This document shows, in pieces, positions 27,526 through 37,785 of a stretch of 64,000 nucleotides of DNA. Source of the DNA: Dehalococcoidia bacterium (GTDB taxonomy: Bacteria > Chloroflexota > Dehalococcoidia > UBA2979); NCBI GenBank assembly GCA_964291495.2, contig OZ219871.1, forward strand, positions 160,001 to 224,000. Reading direction: 5' to 3'. The notes beneath the pieces were generated by a model. It was not told where the DNA came from. It searched no databases and saw only the letters and a list, made by a program, of their open reading frames with translations. Position numbers and translations under genes: made by a program. The stretch's first letter is position 1. Each line of letters opens with the position of its first letter.

Positions 27526-27550
27526 GGTGAGGCGGGGCGGTAGGGCTGCG
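27526..27550 (+). repeat. 25-bp direct repeat, right copy
   Basis: Identical to 26663-26687; weaker similarity extends about 18 bp upstream. Confidence 0.9.
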
Positions 27551-27617
27551 CGCGGGGGCGCGGGATTGGGTAGCATGGGGGCGGGCCGTGGCGCGGCCCC
27601 ACGCGGGAGGACGAAGC

Positions 27618-28897
27618 ATGTTCATCGGCTACTTCACGGAGCGCCCCTATCAGGACCGCGAGTCCGGCTTCTTCGGCATCACGGGCCGCTCCAACACCGA
27701 CCTCAACATCTCCAACGGCGCCTACAACCCGAAGCTCGGCGCCGAGCTCTACAACCGCTACCTCGATGAGAAGGTCTACGCCGAGGAGATGGGCTTCGAC
27801 GGCGTGATGCTCAACGAGCACCACTCCACCCCGTTCTGCATGGGCAGCGTGCTCAACGTCGAGGCCGCCATCCTCGCGAGGATCACGAAGAAGGTGAAGA
27901 TCGTCCTCGCCGGCAACGTCCTGCCACTCTGGGACGACCCGCTCTTCCTCGCCGAGAGCCTTTCCGAGATCGACATGATCTCGCGAGGGCGTCTGGTCAC
28001 CGGCTGGGTCCGCGGCGGCGGCCGCGAGAGCGTCTCGCACAACGCCCAGCCGCCCTTCAACTGGGAGCGCTTCCAGGAGGCGCACGACTTCGTGGTGGCG
28101 GCGTGGACGCGGCCGGCCCCTTCCGCTGGGAGGGCGAGCACTTCAACTACCGCTACGTGAACCCGTTCGTCCGCCCCTACCAGAAGCCGCACCCGCAGAT
28201 GTGGATCCCCGGCGTCGTCAGCCGCAACACCGTCGAGTGGGCCGCGCGGCACCGCTACCCCTACATCATGCTCGCAACCCAGTTGGAGCCGACCAAGCAG
28301 TCCTTCGCCTACTACCACGAGGTTGCCGAGCGCGAGGGCTACGAGTCCGGCACGCAGAACATCGGCTACCTCTTCAAGGTCCACGTCGACGAGACCGAGG
28401 AGCTGGCCTACGAGACGGCCCGCAAGTTCATCGAGGGTCCGCCCAACCCGTTCCTCGAGGGCAACACGGGGAACGTGAACCCCTACATCCAGAACCTGCC
28501 CGGCCTCACCTCGCGCACGAACCTGCTGCCCACGGGCGGCGCGCAGCCGGCCGGCAGGCAGGTCGCGGGCGCGGTCGCGCCGCGCGTGCGCGGCAACCAG
28601 GGCCGCAGCTACGAGGACCAGGTCGAGACGAAGACGATCATCACGGGCACACCGAAGTCGGTCATCCCGAAGATCCGCGAGGTCCTCCAGGAGCTGCGGC
28701 CGGGCTCGATCTTCCTCTGGGACGGCGACGGCGCGATGACGCACGAGGATGCGATGCGCAGCCTGACACTGATGGGCGAGGAGGTGATCCCGGCGATCCG
28801 CGAGATGGGCGAGGAGCTGGAGCTGTTCAGCCCCTTCGAGCGCGACACCGCCACGGGCGAGCCGATCGGCGAGGCCGCAGCGGCTTCAGCGGGGTAG
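27618..28897 (+). pseudogene. LLM-class flavin-dependent oxidoreductase, frameshifted near 28110-28120 (pseudogene or sequence error)
   Basis: First frame AEEMGFDGVMLNEHH...IDMISRGRL..G.VRG...AAWTRP; second frame GPFRWEGEHF.YRYVNP..RPYQKPHP..WIPG; adding one base restores WTRPGPFRWEG. Confidence 0.85.
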
Positions 28898-29029
28898 CTC
28901 CCCGCCGCAACGGGCAACGAGGCGAGGGCGGCCGTGGGGCCGCCCTCGTTGCGTGTCCGGTGCCTCGCGGATGTCGGATGAGCGCGCTGCGCCCGGCTCA
29001 GCCCACCCACCCGCCCCCGGAGTTTCATT

Positions 29030-29397
29030 CTGCGGGGGGCTGCGCCCCGCACGCCCCCTCGTGGGGGCGCCACCCCCACACCCCCGTCGGATCGCGGCGG
29101 CGCAACGAACCTTCCGAGGGCGGTCCGGTCCCTCTCCCCGCGGGAGAGGGCGGAGGGTGAGGGAGGCGCACTCCCCCCGAGGCTCAGAGGGCGCATCGCA
29201 GCCATCGGAGGGCAGCTGGTCACGCGGGCCAACGGGCGTGGCACGCGTCCTCGGAAGTCTGGCGTGCCCCCTTCACCCAACCCTCTCCCCCAGGAGAGGG
29301 GGCCGGACTCAGGGCGCCTCGGGACTGTCGGAGGGTGCCCCCTCCGATCCCCTCGCCCCCGGCGGGAGAGGGGGCCGGAGCGGCGCAACGGACCTTC
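29030..29397. repeat. cluster of REP-like palindromes, same family as those at 8.5 kb and 16.5 kb
   Basis: TCCGGTCCCTCTCCCCGCGGGAGAGGG..GGGTGAGGG (29124-29163), inverted copies at about 29267-29308 and 29339-29379; between convergent genes. Confidence 0.7.
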
Positions 29398-29440
29398 GAT
29401 GCTGGAGCGACGACTGACGTGAGCTGTGGGCAGGCGGTGG

Positions 29441-31156
29441 TCAGTGGCCTCGGTACCTCGAGGCGAGGGGGTAGCGGCGGTCGCGGCCGAAGGCGCGGGG
29501 GGTGATCTTGATGCCGGGTGGGGACTGGCGGCGCTTGTATTCGTTGCGGTTGATCAGGTCGATCACGCGGCGCACCGTCGCCTCCTCGTAGCCGCGCGAG
29601 ACGATCGTCTCGAACGAGTCGTCGGCCTCCACGTAGGCCTCGATGATCGGGTCGAGCACCTCGTAGGGCGGGAGTGAGTCGGTGTCGAGCTGGTCCGGAC
29701 GCAGCTCGGCGGAGGGCGGCTTGTCGATCACGGCCTGCGGGATCACCTCGCTCACGCTGTTGCGGTAGCGCGCCAGGGCATAGACGAGGGTCTTCGGCAC
29801 GTCCTTGATCACCGCGTAGCCGCCCGCCATGTCGCCGTAGAGCGTGGCGTAGCCGCAGGCGTACTCGGACTTGTTGCCCGTGGTGAGCACGATCGCGCCC
29901 GTCTTGTTGGAGAGCGCCATCACGAGAAGCCCGCGCAGCCGCGACTGCACGTTCTCCTCGGCCGCGCCCGCCTCGCTGCCCTCGAACTCGCGGGCGAGCG
30001 CGTCGATCGCGGCCTGGTGCAGCGGCTCGATCGGGATCGCCGCGAGCTGGATGCCGAGCCGCTCGGCGAGGTCCTGCGCGTCCGCGATCGAGCCTTCCGA
30101 GGAGTAGCGAGATGGCAGCGAGATGCCGCGCACGTGCTCCGGCCCCAGCGCGTCGACGGCGATCGCCGCCACCAGCGAGGAGTCGATGCCGCCCGAGAGC
30201 GCGATGATCGCGTCCTCGAAGCCGGTCTTGCGCAGGTAGTCGCGCGTGCCCGTGACCAGCGCGCGGTACGTCTCTTCGAGGTCGTCCGGCGGCTCCGGCA
30301 GCGCGGCCTCGAGCGGCGCTCGATCGCCCTCGCGGGCGGGCGTAACGGCGAGGGCCGGCGGCGCGGCGGCGGGCCGCTCGCGGCGCAGCCGCGACTCGTG
30401 CATGCGCGCCTGCACGATCTCGTCGACGGGGATGTCCACGACGACGAGGTCCTCGAGGAAGGAAGCGCCGCGCGCGAGCACGGCGCCGTCCGCGCCGATG
30501 ACGATCGAGTTGCCGTCGAGGACGATCTCGTCCTGCCCGCCCACCTGGTTCACGTAGGCGATCGCGACGTGATTGTCGACGGCGCGCGTGGACAGCATCC
30601 GCTCGCGCTCGCGGCGCTTGCCGGCGTGGAAGGGCGAGTGGTTGATGTTGACTACGACCAGCGCCCCGGCGAGGGCGGCCTCGCGGGCGGGGCCGTCCGG
30701 ATACCAGACGTCCTCGCAGACGCTCGCCGCCACCTCGACGCCGCCGATGACGAAGCGCGGCGTCTCGACGCCGGGCTGGAAGTAGCGCTCGTCGTCGAAG
30801 ACGCCATAGTTGGGCAGGTGCTGCTTGCGGTGCCCGCCGACGATTTGCCCGTCGTGCAGCACGAACGCGGTGTTGTAGAGCGCGACATCGAACTCAGGCG
30901 CGCCGACGATCAGCGGCGGCAGCCCCCGCGACTCCTCGAGCAGCCGCGCGAGCGAGCGCCCGGCCTCGTCGATGAACGGCGCGCGCAGGAGCAGGTCCTC
31001 CGGCGGGAAGCCGGTGATGGCGAGCTCCGGAAAGGCGACGAGGTCGGCGTCGAGCGCGGCGGCCTCGCGCGCGGCCTCGAGGATGCGCGCGCGGTTGCCG
31101 TCGAAGTCGCCGACGGTGGTGTTGATCTGCGCCAGCGCCACTCGCAGCGGTCGCAT
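29441..31156 (-). CDS. nadE: glutamine-dependent NAD+ synthetase
   Basis: Nitrilase domain (FPEL..TG.PPEDLL, K.HLPNYGVFD..RYF, CEDVW) plus SGGIDS, ENVQSR.RG, TGNKSE, PSAELRPDQ.D, EYKRRQ. Confidence 0.96.
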   Translation of the reverse strand: MRPLRVALAQINTTVGDFDGNRARILEAAREAAALDADLVAFPELAITGFPPEDLLLRAPFIDEAGRSLARLLEESRGLPPLIVGAPEFDVALYNTAFVLHDGQIVGGHRKQHLPNYGVFDDERYFQPGVETPRFVIGGVEVAASVCEDVWYPDGPAREAALAGALVVVNINHSPFHAGKRRERERMLSTRAVDNHVAIAYVNQVGGQDEIVLDGNSIVIGADGAVLARGASFLEDLVVVDIPVDEIVQARMHESRLRRERPAAAPPALAVTPAREGDRAPLEAALPEPPDDLEETYRALVTGTRDYLRKTGFEDAIIALSGGIDSSLVAAIAVDALGPEHVRGISLPSRYSSEGSIADAQDLAERLGIQLAAIPIEPLHQAAIDALAREFEGSEAGAAEENVQSRLRGLLVMALSNKTGAIVLTTGNKSEYACGYATLYGDMAGGYAVIKDVPKTLVYALARYRNSVSEVIPQAVIDKPPSAELRPDQLDTDSLPPYEVLDPIIEAYVEADDSFETIVSRGYEEATVRRVIDLINRNEYKRRQSPPGIKITPRAFGRDRRYPLASRYRGH

Positions 31157-31269
31157 TCGGCTTCCTCGTCCCTCCGGATGGCTGTTCGTGTATCCGGTAC
31201 ACGAACTCGCCGGCTCCGATCGTACGAGCGCGACGGGAGCACGGTCAATCGCGGGCCGGGATGGCGCGG

Positions 31270-31296
31270 CTGGATTCCGGCTTTCGCCGGAATGAC
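31270..31296. repeat. single REP-like palindrome (GTCATTCCGGCGAAAGCCGGAATCCAG on the minus strand)
   Basis: ATTCCGGC-TTTC-GCCGGAAT hairpin in the nadE/ctaG divergent intergenic region. Confidence 0.6.
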
Positions 31297-31382
31297 GGGG
31301 GAGGGGTTGCTGCGCCCTGCCGCGCGGCGGGGCACACTGTCGGGGAGGCGAGCCGCCTGTGCGGCGTCGGCGGAGGGCTCCG

Positions 31383-32318
31383 GTGCAGGTCGATCTGATC
31401 ACGCGGCTCGGACAGGCGGCGGGCGCGGCGCACGAGGGCGTACACGCCGGCCAGCAGTGGTGGGAGCGCTGGAACTTCGACCCGGAGCTGATCATCCCGG
31501 TCGCCCTCGTGACGGGGCTGTACCTGCGGGGCCTCTACGTCTGGCGCAATCGCAGCCGCCCGCATCCGCGCTGGCGCACCGCCTGCTACCTGCTCGGGGT
31601 CGCTCTCCTCGTGGCGGCGATCGAGACGCCGCTCGACGCGGTGGCCGAGCACCACTTCTTCGTGCACATGATTCAGCACGACCTCCTGATGATGTACGCG
31701 GCGCCGCTGATCCTGCTCGGCGCGCCGACCACGCCGGTGCTGCGCGGGATGCCTCGCAGGGTGCGCCGCGTGCTGGTGCGGCCGGTGCTGCGCCGCCCGG
31801 AGGCGCGCTCGCTCTACCGCCTTGTGACGCACCCGCTGATGGCGATCGTGGTGCACACCGGGGTGCTCTGGGCCTGGCACCTCGCGCCCGGCTGGTACGA
31901 CGCCGCCGTCACGGACGACGTCGTGCACGACCTGCAGCACTTCAGCATGACGGCGGCCGGGATGCTGGTCTGGTGGAACGTGATCGACCCCGCCCCGCTG
32001 CGCTCGAGGCTCGGCTACGTCTGGCGCATGGGGCTGCTCATCGCGGTCGGGACGCCGAAGGCGTTCCTCGGCGCGATGATCACCTTCAGCGAGTCGCTGC
32101 TCTACGACTTCTACGACAACGTGGAGCCGATCATCGCCATCGAGCCGATCCGCGACCAGGAGATCGGCGGGCTGATCATGTGGGTGCCCGGCCAGATGAT
32201 GTTCCTGATCGCCGCCGGCATCGTGTTCGCCGTCTGGGCGCACAAGGCGGAGCAGCGACAGCAGGCCGAGGAGGCCGAGCGGCTGGCCGCCGCGCAGGCG
32301 GGCGCGACCTCGTCCTGA
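31383..32318 (+). CDS. ctaG: cytochrome c oxidase assembly protein, caa3-type CtaG
   Basis: PLD..AE..FFVHMIQH.LL...A.PLILLG.P, WAWH.....YD, HDLQH, DQ..GGLIMWVPG. Confidence 0.9.
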   Translation: MQVDLITRLGQAAGAAHEGVHAGQQWWERWNFDPELIIPVALVTGLYLRGLYVWRNRSRPHPRWRTACYLLGVALLVAAIETPLDAVAEHHFFVHMIQHDLLMMYAAPLILLGAPTTPVLRGMPRRVRRVLVRPVLRRPEARSLYRLVTHPLMAIVVHTGVLWAWHLAPGWYDAAVTDDVVHDLQHFSMTAAGMLVWWNVIDPAPLRSRLGYVWRMGLLIAVGTPKAFLGAMITFSESLLYDFYDNVEPIIAIEPIRDQEIGGLIMWVPGQMMFLIAAGIVFAVWAHKAEQRQQAEEAERLAAAQAGATSS

Positions 32319-32344
32319 CCTCGAGAGCACCGAGGCTCAACGAG

Positions 32345-32371
32345 AACGGCCCCGCGGTCGGCGGGGCCGTT
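32345..32371. terminator. probable bidirectional terminator between ctaG and the cox operon
   Basis: AACGGCCCCGC-GGTCG-GCGGGGCCGTT perfect 11-bp stem. Confidence 0.7.
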
Positions 32372-32396
32372 GGTTTGCGTGCGCGGGCGTTTCGCG

Positions 32397-32732
32397 TCAG
32401 ACGCCGTTGAGCAGGTCCGTGATGTCGGTCCAGAAGAGCGCGAGCAGGGCGATCATCACCCCAGCCGCGAGGACGAACGATCCGACGAACACGCGCGTCA
32501 GCAACTGCGGCTCGAAGTAGAGGTGCATGAAGAAGGCGACGACCGCGACGAACTTGACCGCGGACAGCACGATCAGGATCGGGATCAGCAGGTCGCCCAG
32601 GTCCACCCAGAGCGACGCGCCCAACTCGACGATGGTGATGACCGTGAGCGCCAGGCCGAGGCCGATGTACTGCCTCGGGGTGAGGCCGTGCTGCTCCCCG
32701 GCGTGTGGTGCGTGGGATCCGCCGTGGCTCAT
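32397..32732 (-). CDS. ctaF: cytochrome c oxidase subunit IV
   Basis: Y......L.VIT.VE, LS..KF..VV.FFMHL; last gene of the cox operon. Confidence 0.88.
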   Translation of the reverse strand: MSHGGSHAPHAGEQHGLTPRQYIGLGLALTVITIVELGASLWVDLGDLLIPILIVLSAVKFVAVVAFFMHLYFEPQLLTRVFVGSFVLAAGVMIALLALFWTDITDLLNGV

Positions 32733-32769
32733 CGCGTGCTCCGCTCCTCCCTGATCGGGTCCGCCGCGA

Positions 32770-33489
<720 letters not shown>

Positions 33490-33502
33490 GTGTCGTCCTC
33501 GC

Positions 33503-35302
33503 CTACTCCGTGGGTTCCAGGACCCAGCCCCAGATCGCGTAGATGATCACCGGCACGCCCAGCGCCGTCACCGCGAGGTGCGAGAGCGGGCCGATGCCGA
33601 GCATCAGCACGCCGAGCGCCAGGACCAGCGGGTAGTAGGACGGCGGCGGCATGTGGATGTGCTCGTCCGGGTCGGCCTCGGGCTGGCTCAGGCCGTGGTC
33701 GCGGTCGTACCACAGCGGGTCGCGGGCGCGGACCTCGGGGATCGCGTCGAAGTCGTGCTCCGGCGGCGGCGAGCTCGTGGCCCACTCGAGGGTGGATCCA
33801 TCCCAGGGGTTGTCGTCGGCGGTCTTCGGCTGGCGCATGGTGCGCGCGACGTTGATGACGAAGATCAGCACCCCAAGCGCCAGGATGAAGGCGCCGACCG
33901 AGGCGAACATGTTCCAGAACTCCCAGCCGAGGCCCTCGTCGTAGGTGTAGATGCGCCGCGGCATCCCCGAGACGCCGAGGAAGTGCATCGGGAAGAAGGT
34001 CATGTTCAGGCCGATGAACATCAGCCAGAAGTTCCACTTCCCGAGTGTCTCGGAGAGGAAGCGCCCGGTCATCTTCGGCCACCAGTAGTAGAGCCCGGAG
34101 AAGAGGCCGACGATCGCGCCGCCGACGAGCACGTAGTGGAGGTGCGCGACGATGAAATAGGTGTCCTGCTGCTGCTGGTCGACCGGCGGCGAGGCGTGCA
34201 TCACGCCGGAGATACCGCCGATGGTGAACAGCGCGATGAAGGAGACGGAGAAGTACATGGCCGTCGTGAAGCGGATGCTGCCGCCCCACATCGTGCTCAG
34301 CCAGTTGAAGATCTTGATGCCCGTCGGCACCCCGATGATCATCGTGCTGGTTGCAAAGACCACGCGCGGGACGGCGCCGAGGCCGGTCGTGAACATGTGG
34401 TGGCTCCACACGGCCCAGCCGAGGAAGCCGATGGCGACGCCGGCGAAGACCATTGCCGCGTAGCCGAAGAGCGGCTTGCGGGAGAAGGTGGGGAGCACCT
34501 CGGAGACGATGCCCATCGCCGGGAGGATCAGGATGTAGACCTCCGGGTGCCCGAAGATCCAGAACAGGTGCTGCCAGAGGATCGGGTCCCCGCCGCCACT
34601 CGGCAGGAAGAAGCTCGTCGTGTACTGGCGGTCGAAGAGCAACTGGACCAGCGCGACGGTCAGCACCGGCAGCGCGAGGATCAGCAGGAAGGCCACGATC
34701 AGGGTCATCCAGACGAAGATCGGCATCCGCATCATCGTCAGGCCCGGCGCTCGCATGTTGATGATCGTGACGGCGAAGTTCAGCGCCGCCGCCAGCGAGG
34801 ACAGACCAAGGATCAGCAGGCCGATCACGTAGTAGTCCATGCCGCTGCCGGAGTACGTGCCCCCGCTGATCGGCGCGTAGGCGAACCAGCCGGTGTCCGG
34901 GGCGCCGCCGAGGAAGAAGCTGCTGGTCAGCACCAGCCCGCCGCCGAGGAAGATCCAGTAGGAAAGCGCGTTCAGCCGCGGGAACGCGACATCGCGCGCG
35001 CCGATCATCAACGGAATCATGAAGTTGAAGAACGCCGCCCCGAGCGGCATCACCGCGAGGAAGATCATCGTCAGCGCGTGCATCGTGAAAAGCTGGTTGT
35101 AGAGCTCCGGATCGATGACGCCGCCGTTCGGCACGGCGAGCTGAGCGCGGATCAGCAGCGCTTCGATCCCGCCGATGATGAAGAAGATGAAGGCGGACAC
35201 TCCGTAGAGGATGCCGATGCGCTTGTGGTCGACGGTCGTCAGCCAGGACCAGACCACGCCCTCGGCAGTCGGTGCGGCCATCGTGCCGGCAACGGTTGCC
35301 AT
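33503..35302 (-). CDS. ctaD: cytochrome c oxidase subunit I, A1 type
   Basis: DHKRIG, FTMH, FGHPEVY, WSHHMF, AHLHY, GMPRR. Confidence 0.98.
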   Translation of the reverse strand: MATVAGTMAAPTAEGVVWSWLTTVDHKRIGILYGVSAFIFFIIGGIEALLIRAQLAVPNGGVIDPELYNQLFTMHALTMIFLAVMPLGAAFFNFMIPLMIGARDVAFPRLNALSYWIFLGGGLVLTSSFFLGGAPDTGWFAYAPISGGTYSGSGMDYYVIGLLILGLSSLAAALNFAVTIINMRAPGLTMMRMPIFVWMTLIVAFLLILALPVLTVALVQLLFDRQYTTSFFLPSGGGDPILWQHLFWIFGHPEVYILILPAMGIVSEVLPTFSRKPLFGYAAMVFAGVAIGFLGWAVWSHHMFTTGLGAVPRVVFATSTMIIGVPTGIKIFNWLSTMWGGSIRFTTAMYFSVSFIALFTIGGISGVMHASPPVDQQQQDTYFIVAHLHYVLVGGAIVGLFSGLYYWWPKMTGRFLSETLGKWNFWLMFIGLNMTFFPMHFLGVSGMPRRIYTYDEGLGWEFWNMFASVGAFILALGVLIFVINVARTMRQPKTADDNPWDGSTLEWATSSPPPEHDFDAIPEVRARDPLWYDRDHGLSQPEADPDEHIHMPPPSYYPLVLALGVLMLGIGPLSHLAVTALGVPVIIYAIWGWVLEPTE

Positions 35303-35341
35303 CGTCGTGCTCCTCCCCAGGCTCCGCGCGCCCGCCGCTAC

Positions 35342-36445
35342 CTACTGTAGCCCAAGCAGGTAGACGGCGATCGCCTCGATCTGCTCGCGTGTCAGGACCG
35401 TCTCGAAGGCGGGCATGAACCGCGCCGTGTCGTCGTTGTAGTCCGCGCCGGGCTTCTCCCGATCGGGGTTGCTGATCCAGGCCACCAGGTTCTCGAAGTT
35501 CGTGTCGAGGATGCCCGCGGCGATCGTGCTGCGCGACCCGACGTGGGTCAGGTTCGGGCCGATCTTGCCCACCGCGCCGGGGGCGCCGGCCACGGTGTGG
35601 CATCCGGTGCAGCCGAGGATTCCGCCACCACCGCCGGGGAGGGTCCAGACCGGGGTCAGGAACAGCTCCTGTCCCAGCTGCGCCAGCTCGTCCGCAGGCT
35701 CCACGCCGTTCGCCTGCTCGTTGGCCACCCAGGCGTCGAAGCCCTCGGGCGTGTCGACGAAGACGCGGAAGCGCATGTTGGCGTGCGCGGTGCCGCAGAA
35801 CTCGGCGCACTGGCCGAGGTAGGCCTCGGCGCGGGCGGCGTCCTCGTGAGGCGTGAACCAGAGGTCGTTCGCGTGGCCGGGCACCATGTCCACCTTGCCA
35901 GCCAGCTGCGGTACCCAGAAGGAGTGAATCACGTCGTTGGAGAGGAGGTTGAAGGTAACGGCGCGGCCAGCCGGGATGTGCAGCTCGTTCGCCGTGACGA
36001 GGTCGTCGTACTCGCCGTCATTGTCGAGGTCGTACTGGAACTCGAACCACCACTGGTGGCCAATGGCGTTGACCCGCAGCGCGTCGTCGGGTGCCGGCTT
36101 GCTGCTGTCCGCGATGACCTGCCAGGTGGGCACCGCCATGATCACGACGAGCACGACGGGGATCAGCGTCCACACGATCTCGAGGCGCGTGTTGCCGTGG
36201 ATCTGCTTCGCGACGCGGCCCGGCCGCTCGCGGTACCAGAAGGCAAGGCCGACGGTGAGCGCGAGGATGCCGATGAAGACGGCCATGCCCAGCCAGAACG
36301 TCAGCAGATAGACGAACTGGATGTCGTCGGCGAAGTTCGACTTGGGATCGACGGTCGTCTGGGGGTCGCTGCACGCCGCCAGCGCGAGGGCGAAGGCGAG
36401 CAGGGCAACCGGGGCGAGGCGCCGGAGGCTGCGGGAACTGCGCAC
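35342..36445 (-). CDS. ctaC: cytochrome c oxidase subunit II with fused cytochrome c (caa3 type), lipoprotein
   Basis: LAAC lipobox, HGNT.LE..WT, CuA ligands HSFW...CAEFCGTAHANM, C-terminal CTGCH...MPAF. Confidence 0.96.
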   Translation of the reverse strand: MRSSRSLRRLAPVALLAFALALAACSDPQTTVDPKSNFADDIQFVYLLTFWLGMAVFIGILALTVGLAFWYRERPGRVAKQIHGNTRLEIVWTLIPVVLVVIMAVPTWQVIADSSKPAPDDALRVNAIGHQWWFEFQYDLDNDGEYDDLVTANELHIPAGRAVTFNLLSNDVIHSFWVPQLAGKVDMVPGHANDLWFTPHEDAARAEAYLGQCAEFCGTAHANMRFRVFVDTPEGFDAWVANEQANGVEPADELAQLGQELFLTPVWTLPGGGGGILGCTGCHTVAGAPGAVGKIGPNLTHVGSRSTIAAGILDTNFENLVAWISNPDREKPGADYNDDTARFMPAFETVLTREQIEAIAVYLLGLQ

Positions 36446-36680
36446 CGGGGCTCCCTCCGTCAATCGCGCGCGCTCAGCGAGCACAATGCGCGCGATCCCC
36501 CAACGCGAGGCTATGGCTATCATTGGGCCGTGTCGGGGTCAAGCGCGAAGCGGGTCGGCAAGCGTCCCGGCGCAGCCCTCGCGGGGCCCTCCGTCGACGC
36601 TCAGGAGCCGTTTCGGACGGCGCCGGCGAGCCGATCTCGCCCGCTGAAATGCCGCGCCGAAGCGCCCCGGCGAAGCAGGT

Positions 36681-37274
36681 GTGACGATGATCATCGCGGC
36701 CGCGCGGACCTTCGCACGCTCGCTGCACGGCCGGCTGCTCGTGGTCGGCGTCGGCTCCGCCGCGCTCGCGCTGATCGCGGTGCTGGCGATCGCCTCGCTG
36801 CGCGATGTCGGGCAGGACCCGCTCGGCGCGGTCGATCCCGGCATCGAGCGGGCGGCCGAGTTCAGCCTCCCCGCGCTCGGCGGCGGCGAGGTCGCGATCG
36901 CTGACTACGCCGACGGGCCGATCTTTCTCTACTTCTGGGCCTCCTGGTGCGCCCCGTGCGAGCGCGAGGCGCCCCTGATCGAGCAACTCTGGAGCGAGTA
37001 CGAGGCTCGCGGCTACGCCTTTCTTGGGATCAATATCCTCGACAGCGAGCGCGAGGCGCGGCGCTTTGTCGAGCGCCACGGCCTGACGTTCCCCTCGCTG
37101 GTGGACGCCGACGGCGAGGTCTACCTGGAGTTCGGCGTGAACGGCGTGCCGGAGGCGTACTTCCTCTCGCCGGGCCTGCAGGTGCGGCACAAGTTCCTGG
37201 GGGAACTGCGCGAAAGCGAGTTCCGCGAGATGCTGGAAGCGATCATGACGGCCGGCGGCGGTTCCGAGTCATGA
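36681..37274 (+). CDS. TlpA/ResA/CcmG-like thiol-disulfide oxidoreductase
   Basis: N-terminal TM, FWASWCAPC..EAP, GV.GVPE. Confidence 0.92.
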   Translation: MTMIIAAARTFARSLHGRLLVVGVGSAALALIAVLAIASLRDVGQDPLGAVDPGIERAAEFSLPALGGGEVAIADYADGPIFLYFWASWCAPCEREAPLIEQLWSEYEARGYAFLGINILDSEREARRFVERHGLTFPSLVDADGEVYLEFGVNGVPEAYFLSPGLQVRHKFLGELRESEFREMLEAIMTAGGGSES

Positions 37275-37317
37275 CCCGGGAGCGACCGACGGCCGAGGGC
37301 GCAGTGAAGCGAGTGCG

Positions 37318-37761
37318 ATGAGCGGTCTCCGCAACCTCGTCAGCCGCGGCCCCCTCGCCAGCCAGCGAGGGCGCCTGATCGCGATCCTCGTGATCGCGAC
37401 CGCCGCGATCACGGCGATGGCGGTGCAGGCCTTCGACGGCGCCTACTACGCCACGCCCGAGGAGTTCGCCCAGGAGCTCGACGCCGAGGGCCGCCGCTGG
37501 CGCGTCGGCGGCCGCGTCGTCGACGGCACGATCGTCGAGCAGAACGGCCGCCCCGTGAGCTGGCTGATCGAGGGCGAAGAGGGCGAGACGATGCGCATCG
37601 AGTACGACGGCGCGGTGCCGGGGCTGTTCGGCCCTCGCGCCTTCGTGGTCGTCGAGGGCGTCGCCGCCGGCGAGGGGCTGCTGCAGGCGACGAGCGTGAT
37701 CATCCGCCACGAGCCGGAGTTCGTGACCGACGCCGAAGACGCCTCGATCGCGGCGCCCTGA
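37318..37761 (+). CDS. ccmE: cytochrome c maturation heme chaperone (HxxxF variant)
   Basis: TM, YY.TP.E, RVGG.V..G.I, Y.G.VP.LF.....VVVEG, A..V..RHEPEF; lies upstream of ccmF. Confidence 0.85.
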   Translation: MSGLRNLVSRGPLASQRGRLIAILVIATAAITAMAVQAFDGAYYATPEEFAQELDAEGRRWRVGGRVVDGTIVEQNGRPVSWLIEGEEGETMRIEYDGAVPGLFGPRAFVVVEGVAAGEGLLQATSVIIRHEPEFVTDAEDASIAAP

Positions 37762-37785
37762 CGAGGCGAGCGCGAGGCCGCCCGC

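Noticed and set aside
8488-29397. Intergenic repeat clusters as CRISPR arrays
   Set aside because: Units are inverted, degenerate and irregularly spaced, with no unique spacers of constant length and no cas genes in the window
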